Source: Octopus vulgaris (lineage: Eukaryota). Taken from it: a stretch of DNA of 64,000 nt. Shown here in pieces: positions 47,336-60,612 of this stretch. The position numbers and the translations under genes are program-made. The notes beneath the pieces were generated by a model, which was not told the DNA's origin, made no database searches, and saw nothing but the letters and a program-made list of their open reading frames with translations. The stretch is taken from NCBI GenBank assembly GCA_951406725.2, contig OX597815.1, positions 15,438,001 through 15,502,000 of the forward strand, given 5' to 3'. Every line of letters begins with the position of its first letter. Position 1 is the first letter of the stretch.

Positions 47336-47718
47336 TTAATGATAGGATGTCATTTGAATGAAATCTAGGTGCTGTTTCTATCATCTCATTTTTGGCTCAT
47401 TATTTTATATTTTTATATATTTAACGTAAAGTATACTAGCCATCTCAATATGGCTAACCACTAAGGGTGGGTGTTACTGTAGCTTTTAGCCCCAGGAGAT
47501 CATCGTCTCCAGCTGGCTTTAGGCACACTTTCTGTGCTCTTATGGTATTTGCAAAGAGAAGTCATCCCTCTCTCGTAAACCTATGGCTAGTATACTTTAC
47601 ATTGTCGAGGGGTTACTGTTTACATCTCGTTCAGAGATTTATTATTCCTTTATATATTTATTTTTATTAATTAAAACATTTATCTAATCAGAAGAACAGT
47701 ATAATTATTTCAACATAC

Positions 47719-47860
47719 CTGTATTTTCTGTATGTAAATCCCGCTGAATACTGGTTCATCCTTGGACCTCTCCATGTTTAGCTGAGCCGCTGCACTCTCT
47801 GCTCCCTTTACAGTATATTGCCCATCTTTATAGTCAATTACATATATATACATATCTGAC
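47719..47860 (-). CDS. Cadherin-related protein exon (membrane-adjacent domain)
   Basis: ctcaag WSDMYIYVIDYKDGQYTVKGAESAAAQLNMERSKDEPVFSGIYIQKIQ gtatgt; phase 2-0. Confidence 0.82.
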
Positions 47861-47901
47861 CTTGAGAGGGAGATAAAATACAGGAAAATAATAATAATAA
47901 T

Positions 47902-47932
<31 letters not shown>

Positions 47933-48049
47933 GATAATAGGAGTCGGGAAGACACTCGGCAAGAAATGGAAGCAAATTTGAAAGAAGAAAAAAAAAGTAA
48001 TAATAATAATAATAATAATAGTAATAATAATAATAATAAAAATAATAAT

Positions 48050-48650
48050 GATGAAATTATTGTATACAGTGTTCAGGTGCACCACAACTTGTCAAAAGTG
48101 CATATAAAGTATATGCAGTAATGTACAAATGTCTGGAAAGCGAACAGTGTATGAGTCAGATACATGCTTGTGTGTGTACGGAGGGGAGAAAATCAGGTGT
48201 AGTGTTGGTGAATCTCATGAAGCATGGAAGTTTTGAAGAATGCAGTGCTCCGACAACTAACAACTGATGCCGGCAGTTTGTTCCATGCTTCAGCAACTCT
48301 TAGCATGAATAAAATGTTTCCGAAAGTCATGGGAGCTGTGCTGTTTTCTGACTTTGTAAACATGTCCACGGGTGTTAGACAGGTGGAGTTTGAAAAGGTG
48401 CTCAGAGTTATTGTTTGTAAGATGGTTAATAATTTTATGGGTGTCTGCTAAGTCAGCTGCCAGACGTCAGAGTTTCAATGTGTCCATGCCCAGGGAAGTA
48501 AGGCATTCAGAACATGGCAAATGCCTGATGGAGGGTATTCTCTTGGTTGCATGTTGCTGAACAGTCTCCAGATGATTAATATCCTTAGCAAAATAGGGGT
48601 TCCAGACCAATGATGCAAATTCCAGGTGAGGCCACACCATAGCTATATAA
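48050..48650 (-). mobile_element. CR1-clade LINE 3' fragment
   Basis: Same family as 18705-19385. Shorter copies at about 8890-9180, 10750-11095, 21745-21965 and 25520-25612. Confidence 0.85.
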
Positions 48651-48769
48651 AGCCTTAGATAAATAAATGAATTGTTTCTTGCTCTTTATCTTTAGTATCA
48701 TAATGTTAGGTTTTTGGAGTTCGGCTGACCAGAACAGAGTCAGCATAATTGCTGAGAGTCTAAGACTCA

Positions 48770-49390
48770 ATGTTTTTGGTTTGATACTGCTAAGATTGTT
48801 AATGCAGCTGTGATTGTGTTACTAGGTTAATATAAGTAGAACTGTGTCACAGGGTTGATGCTGCAAAGATAGCATTACTGAGTTAATATTGCTGACAATG
48901 AGTCATTGGTTTGAAAATGCTGTGACAGAGTCTTCAGGGTTATTATCACTGGGTATTATCACTGGGTTAATTAGTATGAAATATCACTGCTAAGGATTTC
49001 TTGCTATGTTGATATTTCTGAAGCAATATCTCTGAGTTAATATTTCTGAATCAGTATTACTAATTGAATGTTACTGTCATGGTTAACATGGTTAGCATTA
49101 CTAAGGAAGTGTAGTTGGATTAACATTGCCAGGGACAGTATTAGAATGTTAACATTGTTAGGGCAATACTACAGAGATAACATTGCTGGGCACGTGTCAT
49201 TGAACTTTTCTGGGTTAACACTAATGAGGAAGTCTTATGTGATTAACAATGAGAGGGTTAGTAATCACAGAGTGAAAATTTATGGGAAATGTTATCGGGT
49301 TAATATAACTAGAACACTGTTGCTGGGTTAATAGAGTGAAGGCAAAATCATTGCGTTTATGTAGATAGATCTTACACTGGGTTAATATCA
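48770..49390. repeat. Highly degenerate tandem repeat (CACTGGGTTAATATT-like)
   Basis: Recurrent CTGGGTTAA units; resumes at about 50420-50560. Confidence 0.6.
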
Positions 49391-50707
49391 TCATCATCAT
49401 CGTTTAACATCCACTTTCCATGTTAGCATGGGTTTGACGATTTTGACTGAGGGTTGGCTAACCATATGGCTGCACCAGGCTTCAATCTTGATCTGGCAGA
49501 GTTTCTACAGCTGGATGCCCTTCCTAACGCCAACCACTCCGAGGGTGTAGTGGCTGCTTTTTACGTGCCACCGGCATGGGGGCCAGTCAGGCAGTACTAG
49601 CAATGACCTCGCTCGAATCTTTTTACACATGCCACCAGCACAGGTGCCAGTGAAGCAACGTTGGTAATGATAAAATCCGTTCTGTCTGTCTGTGTGTGTC
49701 TTCTAGGATCTCGGGCATCCTCCATCTGATTGCACTCAAATTTGATATGTAGATACTGACACTATCAGAGTGTGTATAAGTCTTGAAAAAATTACAAAGA
49801 TCGATTCCAGGTGAGAATGCGATATATAAAGCTATGGGAACATGCATTTGTACGTGCAAGTACATCAGCTGTTGCGATCGATATTACACGTATGCGAGAA
49901 AAATGCACGTGCAGTTTCCTACATGTTTTATCAGATAAACTTATTATTGTCCCAGGTATGTTCTCATAAATTCATTATGCTTTTCCATCTAGATTTACCT
50001 CCAGCAAACCCATTTGCATGCATCGTTTTTGTCTTGCATTTCTTCCGTCAACCAATACATAACTGCACCATCCATTATTTTTTTGTTGTTTTTGTACTGC
50101 TTAAAGGCACGTTTCTTTCCTGCCAAGCTTACTGTTTAAACCATGTTTGTGTTCTCCCAGTCAACAGCCTTATCGTTACCGGTACTTTAAATTCTTTGGT
50201 TGCATATTTGTGTGAATAAAACCGTTTTTCTTTGGAATAGGAAAAAATGTCTATCTTTATTTCTTCTTTTGCTGGTGTCTCAAATTTAGGGTAAACCAGT
50301 GTTTCTCAAAGGGGAGACCTATGGAACGGTCGGACAAGTTGTTTTGAGAAAATTTGGTTTAAATGTTTGACAACTCACCACCGTCCATAGGACTGGGGTG
50401 GGGCGTTTTGCTCGTAGTTAATACAGCTGGTGCTGAGTCACTAAATTAATATTGATGGGGAAAGTGCCATTGGGTTAATATTGCAGGGGTAGTGAAAGGT
50501 CTGCAGTGTCAATGCTGCTAGAACAGTATCACTGGGTCAATGTCAATAGGCCGGTATCATTGACTTGTAGAATTTCTATTTGCTTCACGCAGAAGGTCAG
50601 CTTTGACTTCTATGCAAAGTAGTCTATGATTTGTATGACTCAACAGCTTGATAAATAGCAAGTGAATGATTGGCTACTTTCAGAGTAATAGCATGTTCTA
50701 TGAGTAA

Positions 50708-51169
50708 CTAGCAGTATCACCCGGCGTTGCTCGGGTTTGTTTCGACTCTTTAGAATTGGAATTTTTGAAAAGTAAAAATTTTGCATTATGTAGCTTGTTA
50801 TTCTCTTTAAGTGGACATTTTTCTGGTTGAAATACACAAAAATTTGGCCACACAGTAGTAAAAAATCGTAAAAAATAGGGATTTTCATAGAAGGAAAATA
50901 ACTATATAAGCATTTTTAGAGAGTTACTTCCCTTATATAAACCGAGCAAAAAATGCCTTAAAAATGCGAAAAAATGATGGTAAATTTTTTTATCATTGTA
51001 GACTCATCGTAGACGCGCGCTAATACCCAGAAGGGCTCGATGTGAATCACGACTATAAGATACCCACTTTTGGTTAAACTGCACCGCAAAATAAATGTGG
51101 GAGTAGTTAGGAATATAAATCAGAGGAGACAGACTCTCACACACACAACTTCAGTTTTATATATAAAGA
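50708..51169 (-). mobile_element. Non-autonomous Helitron (same family as 25109-25505)
   Basis: TCTTTATATATAAAA..CCCGAGCAACGCCGGGTGATACTGCTAG on the minus strand, inserted between A and T. Confidence 0.8.
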
Positions 51170-51186
51170 TTATCTTCATAAACCTA

Positions 51187-51383
51187 CGAGGGAATGCTGA
51201 AAAGTTCTTAGCTTTAAGGATATCATTAACCCTCCGAGTTCTTTTACAGGGCATAGAAGAACTGAAGGACTGGTGCAATGAGTGTGTGAATCTGAGAGGG
51301 GAAAATGTTAAATACAATCATAATTAACTGATCCTCCTTTATTTTCTTTTACCAAAAGCCAAGAACTTTTCGGCAACCCCTTG
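51187..51383. mobile_element. Mariner-derived MITE
   Basis: TA-flanked imperfect TIRs CGAGGGAATGCTGAAAAGTTCTTAGCTTT / AAAGCCAAGAACTTTTCGGCAACCCCTTG. Confidence 0.75.
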
Positions 51384-51591
51384 TAAGTGACTTACCATGT
51401 TTACTACTTTGCTCCATTTATTGCAGTGTTGAATAGCTGAGAAATAGATATATTCCCTGGTTATCACAGTTTTACAGTCCTTAATGATTTAGTATCTATT
51501 CCTGATATAGTTAGATGTGCTGAGGCAATGTTCAGAGGAAATGAAAATTAATTCTTCCATGGGATAGCAGAAGTATAGCAAGATGATCTGG

Positions 51592-51808
51592 CAGAAACGT
51601 TAGCACGCCGGGCGAAATGCTTAGCGGTATTTCGTCTGCTGTTACGTTCTGAATTCAAATTACACTGAGGTCGACTTTGCCTTCCATCCTTTTGGGGTCG
51701 ATAAATTAAGTACCAGTTACGCACTGGGGTCGACATAATTGACTTAATCTGTTTATCTGTCCTTGTTTGTCCCCTTTATGTTTAGCCCCTTGTGGGCAAT
51801 AAAGAAAT
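51592..51808 (+). mobile_element. SINE family A monomer
   Basis: Same family; flanked by direct repeat AAGATGATCTGG. Confidence 0.85.
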
Positions 51809-51903
51809 AAGATGATCTGGTAGCTGGTCCTGAGGAAGTTAGGTGGACCGAGATAATGTAGAATAAAATCTTAGAAAGGCAGCAAAGTGGAATGAATAGA
51901 ATG

Positions 51904-51935
<32 letters not shown>

Positions 51936-52471
51936 AGTTAGCTATGACACACTGTGAGACATGTCAGGGGGGACCACTCATGATATTCTTTGCTCCAGAA
52001 ATGAAGAAGTGTGGAGCAAAAGACTAGAAACGTCTATTCTCAAAGAAAAACTGTTAACTTAAATCTTCCAAGAATGGCCCAGTGAGCAGGAAAACACAAA
52101 AGAGAAATTAAGAAGAGCAATCTTAGAAAAAGAAAGAAAATACAGTGGAAAATGTAGTGATAAGTATACGATGCCAGAGGAAAAGACAGAATGTTATGGA
52201 TGAAATACCTTTGAGCCTAAGTCTACCTGGTCAGAGTTAAGCAACAATATGTTCACTTTGACAAAAATAGCTGCCAACTCTCACTCAAATCATGACCTAT
52301 CATAAAATGACCTATTGTGACCTATCATAAAAATAAGGACAGGCACATTGGTTGTAGCCCCTTACATAGAAAAAAAGACAGGATGGTCATGGTTAGAAAG
52401 CTTTTGAAGAGGGTTAAACAAAAAGTAACAACAGAAACTTATGTTCCTTTACAAATAGTTCTTCAACTTAC

Positions 52472-52561
52472 CAGTGAGTATTCAGTAATCCAGTGGGTAG
52501 AACGTGCTCTCGTACGTCTGATATACAAATGTAGCTGTCATCAGACTTTTGGGAAAGTAAT
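52472..52561 (-). CDS. Cadherin-related protein exon (membrane-adjacent domain)
   Basis: cttatag KLLSQKSDDSYICISDVREHVLPTGLLNTH(W) gtaagt; phase 2-2. Confidence 0.8.
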
Positions 52562-52699
52562 CTATAAGAAAGAGAAATGATCCAAGAAAATCTATGATAA
52601 TCATGTACAAATCATCCAACTACATCCCACCCAATCATTCTTCATACCCTTAATCCTAACCCTGAAAATGTATTTTATAATGATGATTACTTTTGGTCC

Positions 52700-53105
52700 G
52701 TTGAGGCAAGTGAGGATCAGAATCGAAATCGATCAATGGAAATTGCAGATGTGTTACCAGTGCCGGTGGCATGTAAGAGAACCTTCCGTTTCGCGACCGT
52801 TGCCAGCACCGCCCTGTTTCGTGTCCATTGCCAGCCTCGCCTGGCCCTCGTGCCGGTGGCACATAAAAAGCACCATCTGTTCGTGGCCATTTGCCAACTC
52901 TGTCTGGCACCTGTGCGGGTGGCACGTAAAAAGCACCCATTACACTCATGGAGTGGTTGGCATTAGGAAGGGCATCCAGCAGTAGAAACACTGCCAGATT
53001 TGACTGGGCCTGATGAAGCCTTCTGGCTTCACAGACCCCAGTAGAACCGTCCAACCCATGCTAGCATGGAAAACGGACGCTAAACGATGATGATGATGAT
53101 GATAA
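52700..53105 (+). mobile_element. RTE-type 3' end, young subfamily
   Basis: Near-identical to 42255-42665. Confidence 0.8.
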
Positions 53106-53404
53106 TGATATGACCAAAAACACTGCTCAGTTTATCACACATCCTAAATCAGTAAGTCAAAGTTCACATGTCTCTAAAAGCAACGACTTTGCTGAAGTAA
53201 TGAACTCACTAGCATGTTAGTTCATCCACCTACACTGAAGATATGAAGTAGAAAGTGTAGGATATAGTAGGGAGTGGATGAGAGAAGGAGTGAGAAAGAA
53301 AGGGAAGGAAGGAAGAGGAAGAAAGGAAACAATAAGGAGGGGAAGATGAAGGAGAAGAAAGACAATTATGTGGGCAATTCTGTTGAGCAGACAGCAATCA
53401 TATA

Positions 53405-53621
53405 CTCTTTTGCTCTTTTACTCTTTTACTTGTTTCAGTCATTTGACTGCGGCCATGCTGGAGCACCGCCTTTAGTCGAGCAAATCGACCCCGGGACTTA
53501 TTCTTTGTAAGCCCAGTACTTATTCTATCGGTCTTATTTGCTGTACCGCTAAGTGACGGGGACGTAAACACACCAGCATCGGTTGTCAAGCAATGCTAGG
53601 GGGACAAACACAGATACACAA

Positions 53622-53676
<55 letters not shown>

Positions 53677-53843
53677 TACGACAGGCTTCTTTCAGTTTCC
53701 GTCTACCAAATCCACTCACAAGGCATTGGTCAGCCCGGGGCTATAGCAGAAGACACTTGCCCAAGATGCCACGCAGTGGGACTGAACTCGGAACCATGTG
53801 GTTGGTTAGCAAGCTACTTACCACACAGCCACTCCTGCGCCTA
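53405..53843 (-). mobile_element. SINE family B copy
   Basis: Reverse complement of the 60373-60836 family. Confidence 0.82.
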
Positions 53844-54030
53844 TATAGTTAGTCAATCTGCAAAAAATAGCAGTCAAAAATCTCTCAAATTTCGCTGTTT
53901 CATTTTGAATGACAAGTTTTTTGAGCAATAGAGTTCCTGATTTGCAATAACAATAAATTCATCGAATGCTCTGAGTGTTTTTACCTTCACTTCATCTAAA
54001 CAACATCAACAATACTTGTACAACACACTA

Positions 54031-54417
54031 CGTGGAGGCGCAATGGCCCAGTGGTTAGGGCAGCGGACTCGCGGTCATAGGATCGTGGTTTCGATTCCCA
54101 GACCGGGCGTTGTGAGTGTTTATTGAGCGAAAACACCTAAAAGCTCCACGAGGCTTCGGCAGGGATGGTGGTGATCCCTGCTGTACTCTTTCACCACAAA
54201 CTTTCTCTCACTCTTACTTCCTGTTTCTGTTGTACCTGTATTTCAAAGGGCCGGCCTTGTCACTCTCTGTGTCACGCTGAATATCCCCGAGAACTACGTT
54301 AAGGGTGCACGTGTCTGTGGAGTGCTCAGCCACTTACCACGTTAATTTCATGAGCAGGCTGTTCCGTTGATTCGGATCAACCGGAACCCTTATCGTCGTA
54401 ACCGACGGAGTGCTTCC
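54031..54417 (+). mobile_element. SINE family C with TSD
   Basis: Near-identical to the 26061-26448 copy; TSD ACAACACACTA at 54020-54030 and 54418-54428. Confidence 0.87.
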
Positions 54418-54803
54418 ACAACACACTAAATGTCCTCCAGCAAATATAGCAGCTTCACTCTTTTCCAACTCTTTTTACTCATTTCTGATTCCTTTTCTCT
54501 TATCTCTTTCCTTCTTCACCTTCTTTATTCCTTTTTTCTCCTCTTCCTTCATCCTCTACCCTCACTCTTCAATCTCTCCTCTTGTGTCTCTCTCTTTTCT
54601 CTTTCAGTATCGCAGCCCATGTCACATTCTGTGTCACACTTATTATAACACTTAGTGTCACACCCAATATTGCATCAGTATCGCCACTGATGTTACACCT
54701 AGCGTTTCACCCGTTTTAATATCCAGTATCCCACCATCCTACACCACAAATTATGTCACACTCAATGTTACAATGCAGTGTAACAGAACGTCGGGTTACT
54801 TAC

Positions 54804-54892
54804 TTTTTTATTTGTGGTACAAAATAGTGAACGTCTGTTGACGGTTGAGTTACAACTACTTTCACTGCTTGACTTTTTTCTGTCACAAATAT
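54804..54892 (-). CDS. Cadherin-related protein exon (membrane-adjacent domain)
   Basis: ttttccag IFVTEKSQAVKVVVTQPSTDVHYFVPQIK gtaagt; phase 0-2; open and in frame. Confidence 0.8.
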
Positions 54893-54970
54893 CTGGAAAA
54901 GAAAATATATCAGTCATGATGATGATGATGATGATGGGTGTAGTAATATTGGTAAAGAAATATTGGTTAT

Positions 54971-55121
54971 TGTAATGTTATGGATTGGGTCTGCCCTCCT
55001 GGCGAATCTCCTGGCGAATCTCTGATGCCATGTAATGTTATGGGTTGGCCCTGCCCCTCTGGCGAATCTCCAACACGTCATGTAATGTTATGGGTCTCCC
55101 TGCCCCTCTGGCGAATCTCCG
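54971..55121. repeat. Same ~49-bp minisatellite, 3 units
   Basis: Unit matches 39991-40280. Confidence 0.88.
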
Positions 55122-55409
55122 AACTACTACATATACTATTGCACTGCACTACACTATGGAATGGTATCTAGTCACTGCTGTCTGGGACCACACTACACCC
55201 ACACTGCACCATATAACAGCACACTAAACAACACTACACCTCACTGCACTACATTACTCAACTCTACACGACACTTCATAGCTCTATGCTGCACCACACC
55301 TCACCACCGTACACTAAATTATGCCATACTATTTCTATATTACCTCATTTCTATAATCATCATCTCCATCATCATCCACTGTTTTACATTTTTATGTTTT
55401 ACATTTCTA

Positions 55410-55932
55410 CGACAGTCACCCATGCCAACCCTCCTTTGCTTGCGAAGACCTGTTGGAGCAAGTGAAGTCGAAATCGAAATCGGAATCGAAATTGAACCAA
55501 TCCTATGACTGGCACCCGGCAGATGCCAGGACCCCTGGACTGGTGGTACGTAAAAAGCACTATCCGAATCGTGGCCGATGCCAGTGCCACCTCGACTTGC
55601 TTCCATGCTGGTGGCATGTAAAAAACACCATCTGAATCGTGGCCGAAGCCAGTGCCGCCTCGACTGGCTTCCGTGCCGGTGGCACGTAAAATGCACCAGT
55701 CCGACCGTGGCCGATGCCAGCCTTGCCTGGCACCTGTGCAGGTGGCACGTAAAAAGCACCCACTACACTCACAGAGTGGTTGGCATTAGGAAGGGCATCC
55801 AGCTGTAGAAACATTGCCAGATAAAACTGGAGCCTGGTGCAGCCTTCTGGCTTCCCAGATCCCCGGTCGAACCGTCCAACCCATGCTAGCATGGAGAACG
55901 GACGTTAAACGATGATGATAATGATGATGATG
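55410..55932 (+). mobile_element. RTE-type 3' end with 2-3 internal 67-bp units
   Basis: Same unit as the 1803-3018 array at low copy number. Confidence 0.8.
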
Positions 55933-56341
55933 TCTAAAACATTGGATAAGTCACTATTGCTCTTCTACACAAGTCAGGAGGCCCCATCCCATTCATAAGT
56001 TTCGTTTTTGGCTTGGTTTCTATGACTGGATGCCCTTCCTAACACCAACCACCAAAGCAAGAATAATTCAGCATCCAGTTTATAACTTCTACTGAGAGTT
56101 TTCTTTCATAATTAAAACAAACCAACACTCCATCTTATTTTCATTCCTCTGCTTTCAGGTTTCAAATGCCACTTCAGTCAACTTTGTTTTCGTTTTTCCA
56201 GGTTTGGTAAAATTAGTACTAATAATATGCTGGTAGTGAATTAATCAAGCAGTGAAGAACCCCTATGCTTCATCTTCTGCAGAAATTGGTTTTATACCTG
56301 GCTAAACTAATTTTATAGCCTATATAACTCTTATTGTATTA

Positions 56342-56401
<60 letters not shown>

Positions 56402-56630
56402 TATAATAATCATCATTTAACGTCCGCTTTCCATGCTAGCATGGGTTGGACGGTTCAACTGGGGTCTGTGAAGCCAGAAGGCTGCTTCAGGCCCAGTCTG
56501 ATCTGGCAGTGTTTCTACGGCTGGATGCCCTTCCTAACGCCAACCACTCCGTGAGTGTAGTGGGTGCTTTTTATGTGCCACCCGCACAGGTGCCAGACGG
56601 AGCTGGCAAACGGCCACGGACGGATGGTGC

Positions 56631-56668
<38 letters not shown>

Positions 56669-56684
56669 GTAGTAATAATAATAA

Positions 56685-57160
56685 TAATGAAATTATTGTA
56701 TACAGTGCTCAGGTGCACAACACCTTGTCAAAAGTGCGTATAAAGCGTATGCAGTAATGTACAAATGTCTGGAAAGCGAACAGTGTATGAGTCAGATACA
56801 TGCTTGCATGTGTATGGAGGGGAGAAAATCAGGTGTAGTGTTGGTGAATCTCAGGAAGCATGGAAGTTTTGAAGGATGCAGTGCTCCGACAACTAACAAC
56901 TGATGCCAGCAGTTTGTTCCATGCTTCAGCAACTCTTAGTGTGAAAAAATGTTTCCGAAAGTCATGGGAGCTGTGCTGTTTTCTGACTTTGTAAACATGT
57001 CCACGGGTGTTAGACAGGTGGAGTTTGAAAAGGTGCTCAGAGTTATTGTTAGTAAGATGGTTAATAGTTTTATGGGTGTCTGCCAAGTCAGCTGCCAGAC
57101 GTCGGAGTTTCAATGTATCCATGCCCAGGGAAGTAAGGCGTTCAGAATATGGCAAATGCC
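56685..57160 (-). mobile_element. CR1-clade LINE 3' fragment
   Basis: PYSERLTSLGMDTLKLRRLAADL..FFTLRVAEAWNKL. Confidence 0.85.
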
Positions 57161-57539
57161 CCTAATCTTTAGATTAGGGGCAGTGCTTTTGCATCTATGA
57201 TTCCCTAACCTCAACCACTCTACCACTAGCTCCAACAACAGCAATAACAGGCTATGGACACAGCTTTTTCCACAAGAACAAAAGAAAAAAGAAACAAAAA
57301 ATAGCAATTTAAGCCAATGAGACAACTTCTATTGCAACAAATGTGGAAGCTTCTAAATGAGATGTTTTAAATACTATTACAACACACCTGTGGGCAAAAT
57401 ATTGTCTGTAAGCTTTTGAGATAAGTCGCAAAATGCAAGGATATGTTTTAATGCACTGCATCAAAGCATTGTATTACTTTGAGGTAAATGCTATGTGTGC
57501 ACTCATCTTTATTTTTATTTATTTTAATAATTGCATCTA

Positions 57540-58816
57540 TCAGGTCATCCCATAAGTTCTGTCTGATCTTACCGTTTTTAAAATTGAATGAAATTTAATA
57601 GTATTTTAGAATGTCCAATGGAATTAAAAATTATTTTTATGCATTTGTGTACATTTAAACTAATTGAATATTATTTTATAGAATAATAGAATTAAAATTT
57701 CTTTGATTAAAACCCTTTCTGACATGCAAGTATCCAAAGAGCATTTAAGGCACAGAATGCTTTATGAGTACAAAAAAGGAAACTCTACAGTCGAAGCGAC
57801 TTGAGATATACACTCAGTTTATGAGAAAGAATGCTTGAATGAAAGAACTTGCAGAAAATGGTTTGCAAAATTCAGAAGTGGAGATTTCAGCCTTGAAGAT
57901 GAAGATTAAACAGGACGTCCATTTGAGTTTGATGATAAGCTCTTTGAGGCATTACTTGAAGAAAATCCTGCATTATCAATTGAAGAATTGGTAATAAAGC
58001 TTAGTTCAAACCACACAACTGTTCATCATCATCTTCAACAACTTGGAAAGTTTCCTAAACTTGGAAAATGAATTGTCCAAAAGCAACTGCAAATTCCGAC
58101 TTGACATCTGCTCTTCTCTCCATTCTTGCAAACTCATTTCACCCTTTTTGGATAGACTTGTGACTGGTAATGCAAAACAGATCTTCTATTGAAATGTTAA
58201 ACGTCGTAAACAGTGGCTTGGTAAAAAAGAAAAAACTCAACCACAACCAAGAAGGGAACTTCATGGGAAAAAAGTTCTTCTCTCTATCTGGTGGGATTGC
58301 AAAGGAGTAATTCACTTTGAAATGTTACCACCTAATGCAACAATCAATGCTCAAGTCTACTGTCAACAATTAGAGCATTTGAACCAAGCTTTGAAGAAAA
58401 AAAGACCCACTTTAGTGAATCGAAAAGGAGTGATGTTTCATCAGGACAATGTGTGACCCCACACTGCAAAGATCACATCACAGAAGATTGAAGAGCTTGG
58501 TTGGGAAAAAATTCCTCATCCACCTTATTCTTCCGACCTTGCTTCTTCAGACTACCTTATGTTTCGTAGTTTACAGAATCATTTGGGGGACATAACTTTC
58601 GCAAGCCAGGAGGAGGTGGAAACTGACATTTCAGAGTTCTTCGCTTTGAAACCAAAAGAGTTTTACATTGATGGGATTAAAAAGCTTGTAAATAGATGGA
58701 AGGAAGTCATAGATAATCAGGGAAAGTACATTGATGATTAAATTTCAATTAAATATAACATTTGATCACTTGTTTTCTTTATTCAAAATTCAGACAGAAC
58801 TTATGGGATGACTTGA
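57540..58816 (+). mobile_element. Full-length decayed mariner (DD34D-type) transposon
   Basis: TA-flanked ~27-bp TIRs TCAGGTCATCCCATAAGTTCTGTCTGA / TCAGACAGAACTTATGGGATGACTTGA; 1277 bp. Confidence 0.93.
57724..58741 (+). pseudogene. Mariner transposase pseudogene
   Basis: MQVSKEHLRHRMLYEY..WFAKFRSGDFSLED, HQDNV*PH, HPPYSSDLASSDYLMF; in-frame stop codons and a deletion. Confidence 0.9.
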
Positions 58817-59042
58817 TATATATATATATATAATAAAACTTTAAAAAATGCTGTTGACGTGGCATAATACTTTTAACATTTTATTCAGAGTATTATATAT
58901 TGAAAAAGGTTGAGAACTACTACTCTATATAGTTGCTTGGCCTGTTAGAAATAACAGCCAAATCAGCTACAAAAAGCATGCAGGTCAAAGTTTACTCAAT
59001 TTGGGTTCTCTAGGGGATAAGCAAAAAACAAGATAAACTCAC

Positions 59043-59314
59043 CAGTCCTTTGGCTGTGTCGCTTGCATTTTTAGCTTCCGTATCATTAGCTATGATATCC
59101 ATGAGGAACACGGTATCTTTATATTGATTCATTGATTCTTGGTTCCGAATGATACCATTTTTCTTCCCAATGGTTAATATTTGTTTCTTGATAGCCGAAC
59201 CATCTTGTGTTCGAAGTTTGGCAAATGAGTATTTTAACGAATCTGAGCTAATGTCTTTGTCGATGGCCTTCACAGTGAGGATGCTTCTCATGAGGCCATC
59301 GTCAGCCGAAATAC
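59043..59314 (-). CDS. Cadherin-related protein exon (last cadherin repeat)
   Basis: CISADDGLMRSILTVKAIDKD..GIIRNQESM..FLMDIIAND; AxDxD motif; aatcag..gtgagt; phase 1-0. Confidence 0.9.
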
Positions 59315-59489
59315 CTGATTGAAACAAGCGTAGAAAAAGGTTTTTTAGAAATAACAGGTTTGTAAAGAGGGTTCATAGACGATATCAGGAGGATAAAATT
59401 GGTAGGGCATTGAACGAAATGTCTTGTAGTTTGAAATTAGAACTGATCTGATATCTTCCAAGGATGGCCCAATGAGTAGTATAACACAG

Positions 59490-60037
59490 TAGGAGGAGGA
59501 AGGGGAGGAGGCGGTGGTGGTGGAGGAGGGGGAGGAAGAGGTGGAGGTGGAGGAGGAGGTGGCAGAGGAGGAGGAAGTGGTAGAGGAGGAAGAAGTGGTA
59601 GAGGAGGAGGAAGTGGAGGAAGAGGAGAAGGTTGTGGCAGAGAAGGAGGAAGTGGCAGAGGAGGGGGAAGTGGAGGAAAAGGAAGTGGTAGAGGAGGAGG
59701 AAGTGGTAGAGGAGGAGGAAGTGGAGGAGGAGGAGAAGGAGGATGTGGTGGCAGAGAAGGAGGAAGTGGCAGAGGAGGGGGAAGTGGAGGAGGAGGCAGC
59801 AGAGGAGGAGGAGGTGGAAGAAGAGGGGAAGGGGGGGAGAAGGTGGAGGAAGAGGGAGATGAGGAGGAGGAGGGGGAATGTGGTGGAGGAGGAGGAAGAG
59901 GAAGAAGAGGAGGGGGGAAGTGGAGGAGGAAGAGGAAGAAGAGGAGGGGGGAAGTGGAGGAGGAAGTGGTAGAGGAGGAGGAAGTGGAAGAAGAGGAGGA
60001 GGAGGAAGTGGAAGAAGAAGAGGAGGAGGAGGGAGGA
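59490..60037. repeat. Purine-rich (GAGGAGGAAGTG)-type low-complexity repeat
   Basis: Directly visible. Confidence 0.92.
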
Positions 60038-60372
60038 TAGTGAAACTATGTATAATATCAAAAGTTCCTAAATATGGAGAATCATATAGACAACTCGTAT
60101 TTGCTTTCCTGTTCTACACTCAGTTTTTCCATGCTTTCCATGGGTTCAGGTAATTTCTTTCGATCTGTACGGTAAGGACCCAGCTTTTGTCATTCATGTA
60201 AACTGGGTTGATGCAAAAGGAAGTTATGTGTTCAAGGATTACTGATAAAACGATGACAGTAAAATTTGAACTTGTGACCATATGATAAATAGCTTAACTG
60301 CTCAGTAAAGAAAATGCTTACACCCCTGGGTTTCCTGAGCAATCAGCCTTCTAAGAACTAACAAAACATCAA

Positions 60373-60564
60373 CAGGAGTGGCTGTGTGGTAAGTAGCTTG
60401 TTTACCAACCACATGGTTCCGGGTTCAGTCCCACTGCGTGGAACCTTGGGCAAGTGTATTCTACTATAGCCCCGGGCCGACCAAAGCCTTGTGAATGGAT
60501 TTGGTAGACGGAAACTGAAAGAAGCCCGTCGTATATATGTATATATATATATATATATATATAC

Positions 60565-60612
<48 letters not shown>

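Noticed and set aside
51396-51436. Candidate 41-nt cadherin exon (ctcag..gtaagt on the minus strand)
   Set aside because: It introduces an in-frame stop, and the neighbouring exons join correctly without it. A poison exon cannot be excluded.
54034-54105. tRNA gene
   Set aside because: The tRNA-like head continues into a SINE body, is multi-copy and has a TSD.
57724-58741. Active or domesticated transposase (SETMAR-like)
   Set aside because: Multiple in-frame stops, a deletion and an altered first catalytic motif.
59345-60153. Glu-rich and Ser-rich ORFs
   Set aside because: Low-complexity purine tract; the flanking cadherin exons already join in phase without it.
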